Shown here one piece after another: positions 15,101-28,840 of a stretch of DNA of 64,000 bases (position 1 is its first letter; every line of letters begins with the position of its first letter). Both the position numbers and the translations under genes were made by a program. Origin of the DNA: Balanoglossus misakiensis (taxonomy: Eukaryota > Animalia > Hemichordata). The notes under the pieces were generated by a model, which worked only from the letters and a program-made list of their open reading frames with translations, searched no databases and had not been told where the DNA came from. The DNA lies in assembly GCA_040954595.2 (NCBI GenBank), contig CM082582.2, forward strand, positions 2,092,303 through 2,156,302, read 5' to 3'.

Positions 15101-18100
15101 TCCTGGCAGCAATAAAACTCGTGTGAACACAATCATGACTGTTGTGCTTTTTATCAAGAGACATATCCAAGTAGATCAAGGGTCATTGCCAAGATTATCA
15201 AAATATTTGGGTTAAGTCCTGGCAGCAATAGTAGTCACGTAAACAAAATCATGACTGTTGTGCTTTTTAACAAGAGACATATCCAAGTAGATCAAGGGTC
15301 ATGGCCAAAATTATAAAAAATATTTGGGTTATGTCCTGGCAGCAATAAAACTTGTGTGAACACAATCATGACTGTTGTGCTTTTTAACAAGAGACATATC
15401 CAAGTAGATCAAGGGCCATTGCCAAAATTATCAAAATATTTGGGTTATGTCCTGGCAGCAATAGTAGTCACGTAAACAAAATAATGTCTGTTGTGCTTTT
15501 TAACAAGAGACATATCCAAGTAGTTCAAGGGTCATTGCCAAAATTATCAAAATATTTGGGTTATGTCATGTCAGCAATAAAACTCATGTGAACAAAATAA
15601 TGACTGTTGTGCTTTTTAACAAGAGACATATCCAAGTAGATCAAGAGTCATTGCCAAAATTATCAAAATATTTGGTATATGTCCTGGCAGCAATAAAATT
15701 CATGTTAACAAAATCATGACTTATGTGCTTTTTAACAAGAGACAAATCCAAGAAGATCAAGGGTCATTACCAAAATTATCAAAATATTTGGGTTATGTCC
15801 TGGCAGCAATAAAACTCATGTGAACACAATCATGACTGTTGTGCTTTTTATCAAGAGACATATCCAAGTAGATCAAGGGTCATTGCCAAAATTATCAAAA
15901 TATTTGGGTTAAGTCCTGGCAGCAATAGAAGTCACGTAAACAAAATCATGACTGTTGTGCTTTTTAACAAGAGACATATCCAAGTAGATCAAGGGTCATG
16001 GCCAAAATTATAAAAATATTTGGGTTATGTCCTGGCAGCAATAAAACTCGTGTGAACACAATCATGACTGTTGTGCTTTTTATCAAGAGACATATCTAAG
16101 TAGATCAAGGGTCATTGCCAAAATTATCAAAATATTTGGGTTAAGTCCTGGCAGCAATAGTAGTCACGTAAACAGAATCATGTATGTTGTGCATTTTAAC
16201 AAGAGACATATCCAAGTAGATGAAGAGTCATTGCCAAAATTATCAAAATAGTTTGGTTATGTCCTGCCAGCAATAGTACTCATGTGAACAAAATCCTGAC
16301 TGTTGTGCTTTTTAACAAGAGACATATCAAAGTAGATCAAGAGTCATTGCCAAAATTATCAAAATATTTTGGTTATGTCCTGGAAGCAATAAAACTCATG
16401 TGAACAAAATCCTGACTGTTGTGCTTTTTAACAAGAGACATATCCAAGTAGATCAAGGGTCATTGCCAAAATTATCAAAATATTTGGGTTATGTCCTGGC
16501 AGCAATAAAACTCATGTGAACAAAATCATGACTGTTGTGCTTTTTAACAAGAGACATATCCAAGAAGATCAAGGGTCATTGCCAAAATTATCAAAATATT
16601 TGGGTTATGTCCTGGCAGCAATAAAACTCGTGTGAACACAATCATGACTGTTGTGCTTTTTAACAAGAGACATATCCAAGTAGATCAAGGGTCATTGCCA
16701 AAATTATCAAAATATTTGGGTTATGTCCTGGCAGCGATAAAACTCATGTGAACAAAATCAAGACTGTTGTGTATTTTAACAAGAGACATATCCAAGTAGA
16801 TCAAGGGTCATTGCCAAAATTATCAAAATATTTGGGTTATGTCCTGGCAGCAATAAAACTCGTGTGAACACAATCATGACTGTTGTGCTTTTTAACAAGA
16901 GACATATCCAAGTAGATCAAGGGTCATTGCCAAAATTATCAAAATATTTGGGTTATGTCTTGGCAGCGATAAAACTCATGTGAACAAAATCAAGACTGTT
17001 GTGTATTTTAACAAGAGACATATCCAAGTAGATCAAGGGTCATTGCCAAAATTATCAAAATATTTGGGTTATGTCCTGGCAGCAATAAAACTCGTGTGAA
17101 CACAATCATGACTGTTGTGCTTTTTAACAAGAGACATATCCAAGAAGATCAAGGGTCATTACCAAAATTATCAAAATATTTGGGTTATGTCCTGGCAGCA
17201 ATAAAACTCATGTGAACACAATCATGACTGTTGTGCTTTTTAACAAGAGACATATCCAAGTCGATCAAGGGTCATTGCCAAAATTATCAAAATATTTGGG
17301 TTATGTCCTGGCAGCAATAAAACTCGTGTGAACACAATCATGACTGTTGGGCTGTTTATCAAGAGACATATCCAAGTAGTTCAAGGGTCATTGCCATAAT
17401 TATCAAAATATTTGGGTTATGTCCTGACAGCAATAGAATTCATGTGAACAAAATCATGTATGTTGTGCATTTTAACAAGAGACATATCCAAGTAGATGAA
17501 GAGTCATTGCAAAAATTATCAAAATAGTTTGGTTATGTCCTGCCAGCAATAGTACTCATGTGAACAAAATCCTGACTGTTGTGCTTTTTAACAAGAGACA
17601 TATCCAAGTAGATCAAGGGTCATTGCCAAAACTATCAATATATTTGGGTTATGTCCTGGCAGTGATAAAACTCATGTGAACAAAATCCTGACTGTTGTGC
17701 TTTTTAACAAGAGACATATCCAAGTAGATCAAGGGTCATTGCCAAAATTATCAAAATAATTGGGTTATGTCCTGGCAGCAATAAAACTCGTGTGAACACA
17801 ATCATGACTGTTGTGCTTTTTAACAAGAGACATATCCAAGAAGATCAAGGGTCATTACCAAAATTATCAAAATATTTGGGTTATGTCCTGGCAGCAATAA
17901 AACTCATGTGAACACAATCATGACTGTTGTGCTTTTTATCAAGAGACATATCCAAGTAGATCAAGGGTCATTGCCAAAATTATCAAAATATTTGGGTTAA
18001 GTCCTGGCAGCAATAGTAGTCACGTAAACAAAATCATGACTGTTGTGCTTTTTAACAAGAGACATATCCAAGTAGATCAAGGGTCATGGCCAAAATTATA

Positions 18101-20044
18101 AAAATATTTGGGTTATGTCCTGGCAGCAATAAAACTCGTGTGAACACAATCATGACTGTTGTGCTTTTTATCAAGAGACATATCTAAGTAGATCAAGGAT
18201 CATTGCCAAAATTATCAAAATATTTGGGTTAAGTCCTGGCAGCAATAGTAGTCACGTAAACAAAATCATGACTGTTGTGCTTTTTAACAAGAGACATATC
18301 CAAGTCGATCAAGGGTCATTGCCAAAATTATCAAAATATTTGGGTTATGTCCTGGCAGCAATAAAACTCGTGTGAACACAATCATGACTGTTTGGCTGTT
18401 TATCAAGAGACATATCCAAGTAGTTCAAGGGTCATTGCCATAATTATCAAAATATTTGGGTTATGTCCTGACAGCAATAGAATTCATGTGAACAAAATCA
18501 TGTATGTTGTGCATTTTAACAAGAGACATATCCAAGTAGATGAAGAGTCATTGCCAAAGTTATCAAAATAGTTTTGTTATGTCCTGCCAGCAATAGTACT
18601 CATGTGAACAAAATCCTGACTGTTGTGCTTTTTAACAAGAGACATATCAAAGTAGATCAAGAGTCATTGCCAAAATTATCAAAATATTTTGGTTATGTCC
18701 TGGAAGCAATAAAACTCATGTGAACAAAATCCTGACTGTTGTGCTTTTTAACAAGAGACATATCCAAGTAGATCAAGGGTCATTGCCAAAATTATCAAAA
18801 TATTTGGGTTATGTCCTGACAGCAATAAAACTCATGTGAACAAAATCATGACTGTTGTGCTTTTTAAGAAGAGACATATCCAAGAAGATCAAGGGTCATT
18901 GCCAAAATTATCAAAATATTTGGGTTATTTCCTGGCAGCAATAAAACTCGTGTGAACACAATCATGACTGTTGTGCTTTTTAACAAGAGACATATCCAAG
19001 TAGATCAAGGGTCATTGCCAAAATTATCAAAATATTTGGGTTATGTCATGGCAGCGATAAAACTCATGTGAACAAAATTAAGACTGTTGTGTATTTTAAC
19101 AAGAGACATATCCAAGTAGATCAAGGGTCATTGCCAAAATTATCAATATATTTGGGTTATGTCCTGGCAGTGATAAAACTCATGTGAACAAAATCCTGAC
19201 TGTTGTGCTTTTTAACAAGAGACATATCCAAGTAGATCAAGGGTCATTGCCAAAATTATCAAAATATTTGGGTTATGTCCTGGCAGCAATAAAACTCCTG
19301 TGAATAAAATCATGACAGTTGTGCTTTTTAACAAGAGACATATCCAAGAAGATCAAGGGTCATTGCCAAACTTAACAAAATATTTGGGTTATGTCCTGGC
19401 AGCAATAAAACTCGTGTGAACACAATCATGACTGTTGTGCTTTTTAACAAGAGACATATCCAAGTAGATCAAGGGTCAATGCCAAAATTATCAAAATATT
19501 TGGGTTATGTCCTGGCAGCGATAAAACTCATGTGAACAAAATCAAGACTGTTGTGTATTTTAACAAGAGACATATCCAAGTAGATCAAGGGTCATTGCCA
19601 AAATTATCAATATATTTGGGTTATGTCCTGGCAGTGATAAAACTCATGTGAACAAAATCAAGACTGTTGTGCTTTTTAACAAGAGACATATCCAAGTAGA
19701 TCAAGAGTCATTGCCAAAATTATCAAAATATTTTTGTTATGTCCTGGCAGCGATAAAAATCATGTGAACAAAATCAAGACTGTTGTGCTTTTTAACAAGA
19801 GACATATCTAAGTAGATCAAGGGTCATTGCCAAAATTATCAAAATATTTGGGTTATGTCCTGGCAGCGATAAAACTCATGTGAACAAAATCAAGACTGTT
19901 GTGCTTTTTAACATGAGACATATCCAAGTAGATCAAGGGTCATTGCCAAAATTATCAAAATATTTCGGTTATGTCCTGGCAGCGACAAAACTCAAGTGAA
20001 CACAATCATGACTGTTGTGCTTTTTAACAAGAGACATATCCAAG
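185..20044 (+). repeat. Satellite DNA array, 116-bp monomer, roughly 170-175 copies
   Basis: Consensus gtagatcaagggtcattgccaaaattatcaaaatatttgggttatgtcctggcagcaataaaactcatgtgaacaaaatcatgactgttgtgctttttaacaagagacatatccaa (116 nt) repeats head-to-tail, e.g. monomer starts at 415 and 531. There are no unique spacers. Confidence 0.98.
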
Positions 20045-23000
20045 TTCAATTCAGTTCTAACAAATCTGAATCAAATGACATGTGAAATTTGCCAAAAAAT
20101 GTAAAGTATTCTATTCATATGGTGACTCATATCAATAAAATGAATTTGCGTGCTTTCAATGAGTAGGCTAGAAATAGGAAATCTTCGTTTTTAATCAGAG
20201 TTCAGAAAATCCAATTTGGCTCGAATAAGGTTAAAGCAATCACAATACACTTGAAAGCTTGATTAAAAAAAGACTTTGGAAATTTTTCATGACATTTTTC
20301 AAAAATCCATAATGAATCCAAATTCGCATGACCACTAACAATATTATTGAAAACAATTGGAAGGGACAGTAAATTAGAACTTGATTGGCCCTGTAGTTTT
20401 GAAAAAAATGTCAACTTTTAGAGGTTATCAGAAAATTCAATATAGCCACCATGAAGAAGACAATTAAAGGAACATGCAGCATTACAGGTGCCAAAGCAGT
20501 TAGCATGGTTCCAACAGAAAGCAAGCTCTGTATCTGTTTTGGATGGCTAGAAATGGTAAGTAAGCCAGAGGTCACGCAAAATTGTGCCAACAAAATCTGA
20601 TATCAAACTGATCAGTGTTCAACAAGAACCAAAGTTCTAAGCTCTATTGGTTAACTTTAAATAGGATAAGTACATAAGTATTGTGTTAAAGATTAATACT
20701 TCATTAGATGTTCCAGTCCCCTAAATTTGAAAGCTGTATCTGCTGTGCATGGCAAGTTATGGGAAAGTAGATCATTGCCAGAATTATAAAAATAGTTTGG
20801 TTATGTCCTGGCAGCAATAGTTCTCATGTGAACAAAATCATGACTGTTGTGCTTTTTAACAAGAGGCATATCCACATAAAATTAAGTTCTAGAATTACTG
20901 GATCAAAGGACATGTGAGAGTGGCCAATAAAGTGTTTAATCAAATTCTGAAAAACAACTGGATCAAAGAACATGTGAAAGTTGCCAAAAATTTAACGTAT
21001 TCTAGTCATATGGTGACTCGTATCAATAAAATTAATTTGTGTGCTATCAATGAGTAGGCTAGAAATAGGAAATCTTTGTTTTTCATCGGTGTTCAGAAAA
21101 TACAATTTGGCTCGAATAAGGTTAAAGCAATCACAATTCACTTGAAAGCTTGATTAAAAAAAGACTTTGGAAATTTTTCATGAGATTTTTCAAAAATCCA
21201 TAATGAATCCAAATTCGCATGACCACTAACAATATTATTGAAAAAAATTGGAACGGACAGTAAATTAGAACTTGATTGGCCTTGTAATTTTTGAAAAAAA
21301 TGTCAACTTTTAAAGGTTATCCAAAAATCAAATATGGCCACCATGAAGAAGACCCAACTATAAGCAGCATTGGAGGAGCCAAAGTGGTTAGCATGGTTCC
21401 AACAGAAAGCAAAGGCTGTATTTGTTATGGGTGCTGAGAAATGGTAAGTAAGCCAGAGTTCACGCAAAGTTGGGCCAACAAATTTTGATATCAAACTGAT
21501 CAGTGTCCAGCAAAAACCAGACTTCTAAGATCTATTGGGTAACTTTAAATAGCTTATGTACATAATTATTGTGTTAAAGTTAATACATGTACTTCATTAG
21601 GTGTTCCAGTCCTCCAAATTTGAAGGCTGTATCTGCTGTACATGCCAAGGCATGGGATAGTAGTTCAAAGGTCATTGCCAAAATTATCAAAATATTTCGG
21701 TTATGTCCTGGCAGCGACAAAACTCAAGTGAACACAATCATGACTGTTGTGCTTTTTAACAAGAGACATATCCAAGTTCAATTCAGTTCTAACAAATCTG
21801 AATCAAATGACATGTGAAATTTGCCAAAAAATGTAAAGTATTCTATTCATATGGTGACTCATATCAATAAAATGAATTTGCGTGCTTTCAATGAGTAGGC
21901 TAGAAATAGGAAATCTTCGTTTTTAATCAGAGTTCAGAAAATCCAATTTGGCTCGAATAAGGTTAAAGCAATCACAATACACTTGAAAGCTTGATTAAAA
22001 AAAGACTTTGGAAATTTTTCATGACATTTTTCAAAAATCCATAATGAATCCAAATTCGCATGACCACTAACAATATTATTGAAAACAATTGGAAGGGACA
22101 GTAAATTAGAACTTGATTGGCCCTGTAGTTTTGAAAAAAATGTCAACTTTTAGAGGTTATCAGAAAATTCAATATAGCCACCATGAAGAAGACAATTAAA
22201 GGAACATGCAGCATTACAGGTGCCAAAGCAGTTAGCATGGTTCCAACAGAAAGCAAAGGCTGTATTTGTTATGGGTGCTGAGAAATGGTAAGTAAGCCAG
22301 AGTTCACGCAAAGTTGGGCCAACAAATTTTGATATCAAACTGATCAGTGTCCAGCAAAAACCAGACTTCTAAGATCTATTGGGTAACTTTAAATAGCTTA
22401 TGTACATAATTATTGTGTTAAAGTTAATACATGTACTTCATTAGATGTTCCAGTCCCCTAAATTTGAAAGCTGTATCTGCTGTGCATGGCAAGTTATGGG
22501 AAAGTAGATCATTGCCAGAATTATAAAAATAGTTTGGTTATGTCCTGGCAGCAATAGTTCTCATGTGAACAAAATCATGACTGTTGTGCTTTTTAACAAG
22601 AGGCATATCCACATAAAATTAAGTTCTAGAATTACTGGATCAAAGGACATGTGAGAGTGGCCAATAAAGTGTTTAATCAAATTCTGAAAAACAACTGGAT
22701 CAAAGAACATGTGAAAGTTGCCAAAAATTTAACGTATTCTAGTCATATGGTGACTCGTATCAATAAAATTAATTTGTGTGCTATCAATGAGTAGGCTAGA
22801 AATAGGAAATCTTTGTTTTTCATCGGTGTTCAGAAAATACAATTTGGCTCGAATAAGGTTAAAGCAATCACAATTCACTTGAAAGCTTGATTAAAAAAAG
22901 ACTTTGGAAATTTTTCATGAGATTTTTCAAAAATCCATAATGAATCCAAATTCGCATGACCACTAACAATATTATTGAAAAAAATTGGAACGGACAGTAA

Positions 23001-23520
23001 ATTAGAACTTGATTGGCCTTGTAATTTTTGAAAAAAATGTCAACTTTTAAAGGTTATCCAAAAATCAAATATGGCCACCATGAAGAAGACCCAACTATAA
23101 GCAGCATTGGAGGAGCCAAAGTGGTTAGCATGGTTCCAACAGAAAGCAAAGGCTGTATTTGTTATGGGTGCTGAGAAATGGTAAGTAAGCCAGAGTTCAC
23201 GCAAAGTTGGGCCAACAAATTTTGATATCAAACTGATCAGTGTCCAGCAAAAACCAGACTTCTAAGATCTATTGGGTAACTTTAAATAGCTTATGTACAT
23301 AATTATTGTGTTAAAGTTAATACATGTACTTCATTAGGTGTTCCAGTCCTCCAAATTTGAAGGCTGTATCTGCTGTACATGCCAAGGCATGGGATAGTAG
23401 TTCAAAGGTCATTGCCAAAATTATCAAAATATTTGGGTTATGTCCTGGCAGCAATCAAACTCGTGTGAACAAAATCGTGACTGTTGTGCATTTTAACAAG
23501 ATGCATATCTATGTATAATT
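20045..23520 (+). repeat. Macro-tandem repeat: four ~830-900-bp units (A-B-A'-B), dimer period 1732-1737 bp, each unit carrying one 116-bp-type monomer
   Basis: Identical ORF-track peptides recur at 20202/21934 (offset 1732) and 21303/23040 (offset 1737). Each unit ends in a ...tcattgcca.aattat..aaata...catgactgttgtgc... monomer. Confidence 0.93.
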
Positions 23521-23727
23521 AACTTCTTAAAACATAGCGTATAGGATACTGTTGTGCCATTTGGGGATTACACAGATTTTAGGTATTCGCCAGAATTAAA
23601 ATCACGGGCGACATTGGCAAGCATATATGGCAAAAATATTCAAATACTATGGAAACATAAAAAAATTCACTATGCCCAATCAAGTGTTATGTGTCACTGC
23701 AATCCTACAAGCAGCACTAAAAAAACA

Positions 23728-24417
23728 GATTTTTGTCCAAAAACTGTCTGTAAAATACATGCGAGTATGACAAGCTAATTAGTCCAATCAGACAGAGGCA
23801 TTCACTGACCTACCACCAGTTTATAATAAAATAACCGGTGGTCTCTGTAACAGCTGGACCACAGCTGATTTTTGTCCAAAAACTGTCTGTAAAATTCATG
23901 CGAGTATGACAAGCTAATTAGTCCTATCAGACAAGGGCATTCACTGACCTAACACCAGTTTATAATAAAATAGTCGGTGGTCTCTGTAACAGCTGGACCA
24001 CAACTGATTTTTGTCCAAAAATTGTCTGTAAAATACATGCGAGTATGACAAGCTAATTAGTCCTATCAGACAGAGGCATTCACTGACCTACCACCAGTTT
24101 ATAATAAAATAGCCGGTGGTCTCTGTAACAGCTGGACCACAACTGATTTTTGTCCAAAAACTGTCTGTAAAATACATGCGAGTATGACAAGCTAATTAGT
24201 CCAATCAGACAGAGGCATTTACTGACCTACCACCAGTTTATAATAAATAGCCGGAGGTCTCTGTAACAGCTGGACCACAGCTGATTGTTGTCCAAAAACT
24301 GTCTGTAAAAATACATGCGAGTATGACAAGCTAATTAGTCCAATCAGACAGAGGCATTCACTGACCTACCACCAGTTTATAATAAAATAGCCAGTGGTCT
24401 CTGTAACAGCTGGACCA
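23728..24417 (+). repeat. Tandem repeat, 5 x 139 bp
   Basis: Unit gatttttgtccaaaaactgtctgtaaaatacatgcgagtatgacaagctaattagtcc...cagctggaccacagct starts at 23728, 23867, 24006, 24145 and 24283. Confidence 0.95.
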
Positions 24418-26149
24418 GTAAAATTATATAAGGCTGTTTATTTTACTGATAAAAAATGTTTATAGGTCTTTGTAGGTTATAATAAAGAAAATTATCAAAA
24501 TCGGTTCACCAGTTTTCAAGGTACAAAAGCATCAAAAAATACTGATATTCTCAAGTATCTTCAACATTTTTCAAAAGATTATGCACGATTCACAGAAGAA
24601 TACTTCTTTCAGTTTTACAGGAGATCATCTAAACTTGTAAAGAAAATCTCTCTATTTTTTGCATGGCACCATGGGAAATATGAAATTTTGCAATGTTTGA
24701 TGTTCCGTGTCTCAATCATAGTTGATCTAATTGTAACGAAATATAACGAAATGTAACGAATATATTACAATATATGTGCAGATACAGATAGTGACTTAAG
24801 TGTTTGATATCTGGATTATAATTTAAATTCCCAGGCGCTCAAAAAAGGAAAAACCTAGCATTTTACCATTGCAAATGGGCGGCCATATTGGATTGATATT
24901 TCATTAGATGGCAATGTTTATTTATACACTGCAATTTGCTGAAAATCAGTTCAATCACTGTAGCGAGCGGAGATATTTAAATTCTTGTGTATTTTGAGCA
25001 ATAATACTACTACCAAAAAATATTTTATACAGTTACTTCTGGACAGCAAAAATTGCCATCATTCAAGTCAAACTCTCAGATCGGCCCTTTTGCTTGCCTG
25101 TGTTGAGCAGATATCAAAAGTGGAGAAAGTTGGATAGTGTAATTTCTACATGTATTTGTACTTTCCTTGTAGTCTATTAACATTTACACGATTTTCATAT
25201 TAATTTTGGTATGATATGCATGGAAAGACTGGTTGGCTATAAATCATAAAAATGAACGTCCTTGCACCATACAGTTTTTACTGCATACACATGTAGTTTA
25301 AGCTAACTGTGTCTTTCATGTATTCCACTTTTCTGCTTTCCTTGCTGGCTTTCTTCATTTATTTTCTGACTGTATCTTTGTAAAATTACTGATTTTTTTT
25401 ATCTGGTAATTCAATTTCTGGCTGAAATAAATGTACTAGAGCTGGTAAGGTTTCCTGAACATTAATCCCTGTATCTTGAAGGCAGGTGTGCAAGTTCATA
25501 TAAAGTTCATTGGTTAAAGGAATATTATGAGCTGATAAATCTTCTAAGCTCTTCTTTCTGGCTAGAAGGTCTGCTATATTATTGAATACTCTTTATGCTA
25601 CTTCCATAATGTTGCCTGTGCAAATTAACAATCAAAATATCCACTTGCTAGACAATTGTAAGACAAACATTTTTGTTGGGTAATTACAGAATAATTATTT
25701 TAATTCCATGCATACTCTACCTAAACGCAAATTAGAATATATAACTGAAATTATAATTATACACAGGTCTATGAAATGCAAAGAAAATGTATTCCTAGGA
25801 AAGAACACCCATGGGCATTCAGCTCTAAGCAGATAACATCAGTCACTTTGAAGACATGTCACTTCCCAGACTTGACTAAACAAACTTCCAACCCTGAAGT
25901 GAAACACATCTCCGAGTTGCATACACAATATGATCATATACTGTTAGATATTTATAATGGTTTAAGTGAAAACAAATTAGGAGATGTAAACACCCCTGCC
26001 ATTTATTCAGTGCCATATAATCCTGCCATTATGCACATATTGACTCTAGCCACTTTCCCAGTGGGAGGAAAAAGACTTTAATGGACACCAAGCGGGAAGA
26101 AACGAAAGTTACTCAGTTTTTGGCATTTCATTTTTATTTGTGAGATCGA

Positions 26150-26760
26150 GAAATTAAAATATGACAAGTTTAGAAAATAATCTGATTACACAGTATGTCC
26201 CAGTTCGTATGGCGGCCATATTGGATTCTGAACTCTCTAGTAATATAAACATATAGTGTACTTGGCGAGTCTCAGTATAGGGAAATCAACACAATCAGAC
26301 AAAACTTGGGTTACCCATTGCAATAATCCTATCAAATTTCAAAGCAATCCCATATGCAGTTTCAGAAAAATCAGTATTTTCACCAAAATTGTACAATATC
26401 TTACGTCAATCGCTTCAGGGAACATGCCTACCAAAGCTCAAGGCAATCTGACAATCTGTTTGAAAGAAAATAATTTTTAATGAAAAATTCCAAAACTATC
26501 ACACACAAAACGCAAATATGCAAATTTCAAGTATTTTTCTAAAACATCTCACTTAATTATTCCCAAGGAACAACCCTGCAAAATTTGAAAGCAATCTGAC
26601 AAGCAGTTTTAGATAAAACAATTTTTGACCAAAAAGACAAAAAAATTCTACAAAATTATAAATATGCACATTTTTCATCAACCAGGTTTTCATCAAATGG
26701 GACCATATATCCAAATGTATGCTTCAAAGCAACACGACTCTTGGAGAAAAAAATGCTTGT
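26150..26760. repeat. Interspersed non-autonomous repeat (Helentron/DINE-like family) fragment
   Basis: Contains ggcggccatattggatt (also at ~24878) and recurring aaatttcaaagcaatc submotifs shared with 29560-30320 and 54590-55258. Boundaries are approximate. Confidence 0.5.
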
Positions 26761-28840
26761 CACCCTGGTCAAAAATTTGGTTTTACTAAAACATCAAATC
26801 GGTTATCTCTCAAAGCTAAAAGGGTTATCACCAAACAGATTACAATTTTCTTTACTTGTGGTGGTTCTGGTTTTATCGGTTTGCCCAATAAAAATTAGGA
26901 TAATTGTTTAAGTATGCCAACAGTGAGGTGGAAATCACACCAGAAAAACGAAAATACGCCAACAACATGTAAACAGTAAAATGTTACGAAAAAACAAACA
27001 GAAAAGCGAAAATACACCAACCACGTTTAAACCGTAAAATTAAAAAAAATGCAAACACTGGCTCTACGTGCGCTTAGGCAAGAGGCCTAGGAATAAAATT
27101 CTCACAGAGTATAGCCCTATGAATATGACTAGACTTTCTCGATTATGACCTCAGGGTCAGCAGCGAAGCCATACACAGAATGGCCGAGAGGCATGGCTAG
27201 CTGCACGCCCGTAGCTCGGATTTTTTTCTGGAATAAGACCTACTTCTGTTCAACTACAAGGTGTTGAACGGATAGCTGCAAATCACCTAATACCAGACAA
27301 AACAATCGAGCGACGGTAACGTAGCTATATAGGCTATGGTACTAAAAGCAATGACTGGATTATGAGCCTACCGAAAAGACGTCTTGATCCCGCGGCAGTA
27401 AGAAGGAAAGTGATTGAAACCCGACGTCGCACACCGGAAACGGGTCAATGATCACCTGTTGTTATGGAGAGTGGGACTTGTTACCCAATCACAGACCAAA
27501 GTTAGCATTACGACACACTAATGAATATGCATACATGCTATAGCTGCATATTTTATTATTTTAGAACGCACTGGAACATGCTCGCATTCGAAGGAATATT
27601 CCATTTGTATATGCAAATAGCAAACCTATGTTCTCGAGTGTGAGTGCACCATTGTCTCAGGGGGGTGGCTCACGTCCCAAAGAACAGGGGGTAATTTTCT
27701 ACCACAGCCGCGCATTTCAAACCGAGCAAGCAAACTGCTAACTACCGTTGTCTGGGCAACATTTTGATGTGCGTTAAGTTTTGCACTTATTGGACTTTGA
27801 GGAAACAGACCTATAATACTTCCTAATGTGGTTCTCTTTCTGGGTCATTTTGTCAGTCCAACCACGATCCACGAGATCGTAAACTGCTTGGATTAGGGCG
27901 CGTTAGGAAGCTGCAGCTGCGGCCGCAGGTCAAGTCGGTGTGTTTTGTATTTAACAAACATGGTAAATGTGTTCGGCACAGCAACATGCTCGCTCTACCC
28001 ACAGCCACTGTGCTGTACCGTACTGTCGATCGTTTCCATGTCAGTTTCACGCTCGCTCTTTATAATGCCCTTATCACGCCTCCCGTATTGTGTTCATGAT
28101 ATGACAGTCCCACTAATCTGACAACACTCGCTTTTATTATGTCAATTTGTCCCGTTCGCTAGCACTGCGTACAGGCCTGCATTCACCATTAACAGACTAT
28201 CCCGTTCGCCAACTTTACTGAACTGCAAAGTGAAGAATCGGTTTGCGTCTTGGCCGAATCGACCGGGGTCATGGAAATTAAAGGCCCAACCGAGAAGATT
28301 AAGTGCCGTTCCCGAAGTAACGACCAACCAATGTTTACAGAGAAATCAGATGATGTCACATAGCGGAGTTCTTATCCTGTCGGGATGCGTTTACCTCGGA
28401 ATCGGCGAAGTTTTTTTGTCGTCGAGTTTGATTTCATGGACGATGCAGTCTAGTTATTTGATGATCCATAATTGATATATTTTTTTTTTGGGGGGGGGGG
28501 GAGGTCCTGGTGTCGATAAATCGAGGCAGAAGAAATGTGCCGACAGCGCAAATTGCCGTTTTTTCGCTCTGTTTCGTCGATTTTCACAACTTCAAACTAA
28601 TTAAACTTTGCTCCGCGTGGCCGAGAGGTCTTAAATTTTACCCATCCAACAAACAACAAAACAAAAGTTTGTAGTCAATAAAGTGTTCCTAGAGCGAATA
28701 AACATTGATTCAATTCAATCCAAGTCATCATGAATTTGATCAAATTTTCTAAACATAGACAGATCAAGAGTCCAACACTGTCCATGCACCAAATTGAACA
28801 GCTGGTCGCGGAGATAAAATGTTTTGTTGTATATTTAGGG

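Noticed and set aside
185-20044. CRISPR array or repeat-protein gene
   Set aside because: There are no unique spacers and no cas genes. The 116-bp period is not a multiple of 3 and stops are frequent. The context is eukaryotic.
112-23518. Short ORFs in the satellite and macro-repeat (112, 5942, 20202, 21303, 21587, 21934, 22150, 23040, 23324)
   Set aside because: They are chance frames repeated with the DNA unit and are disrupted in sister copies.
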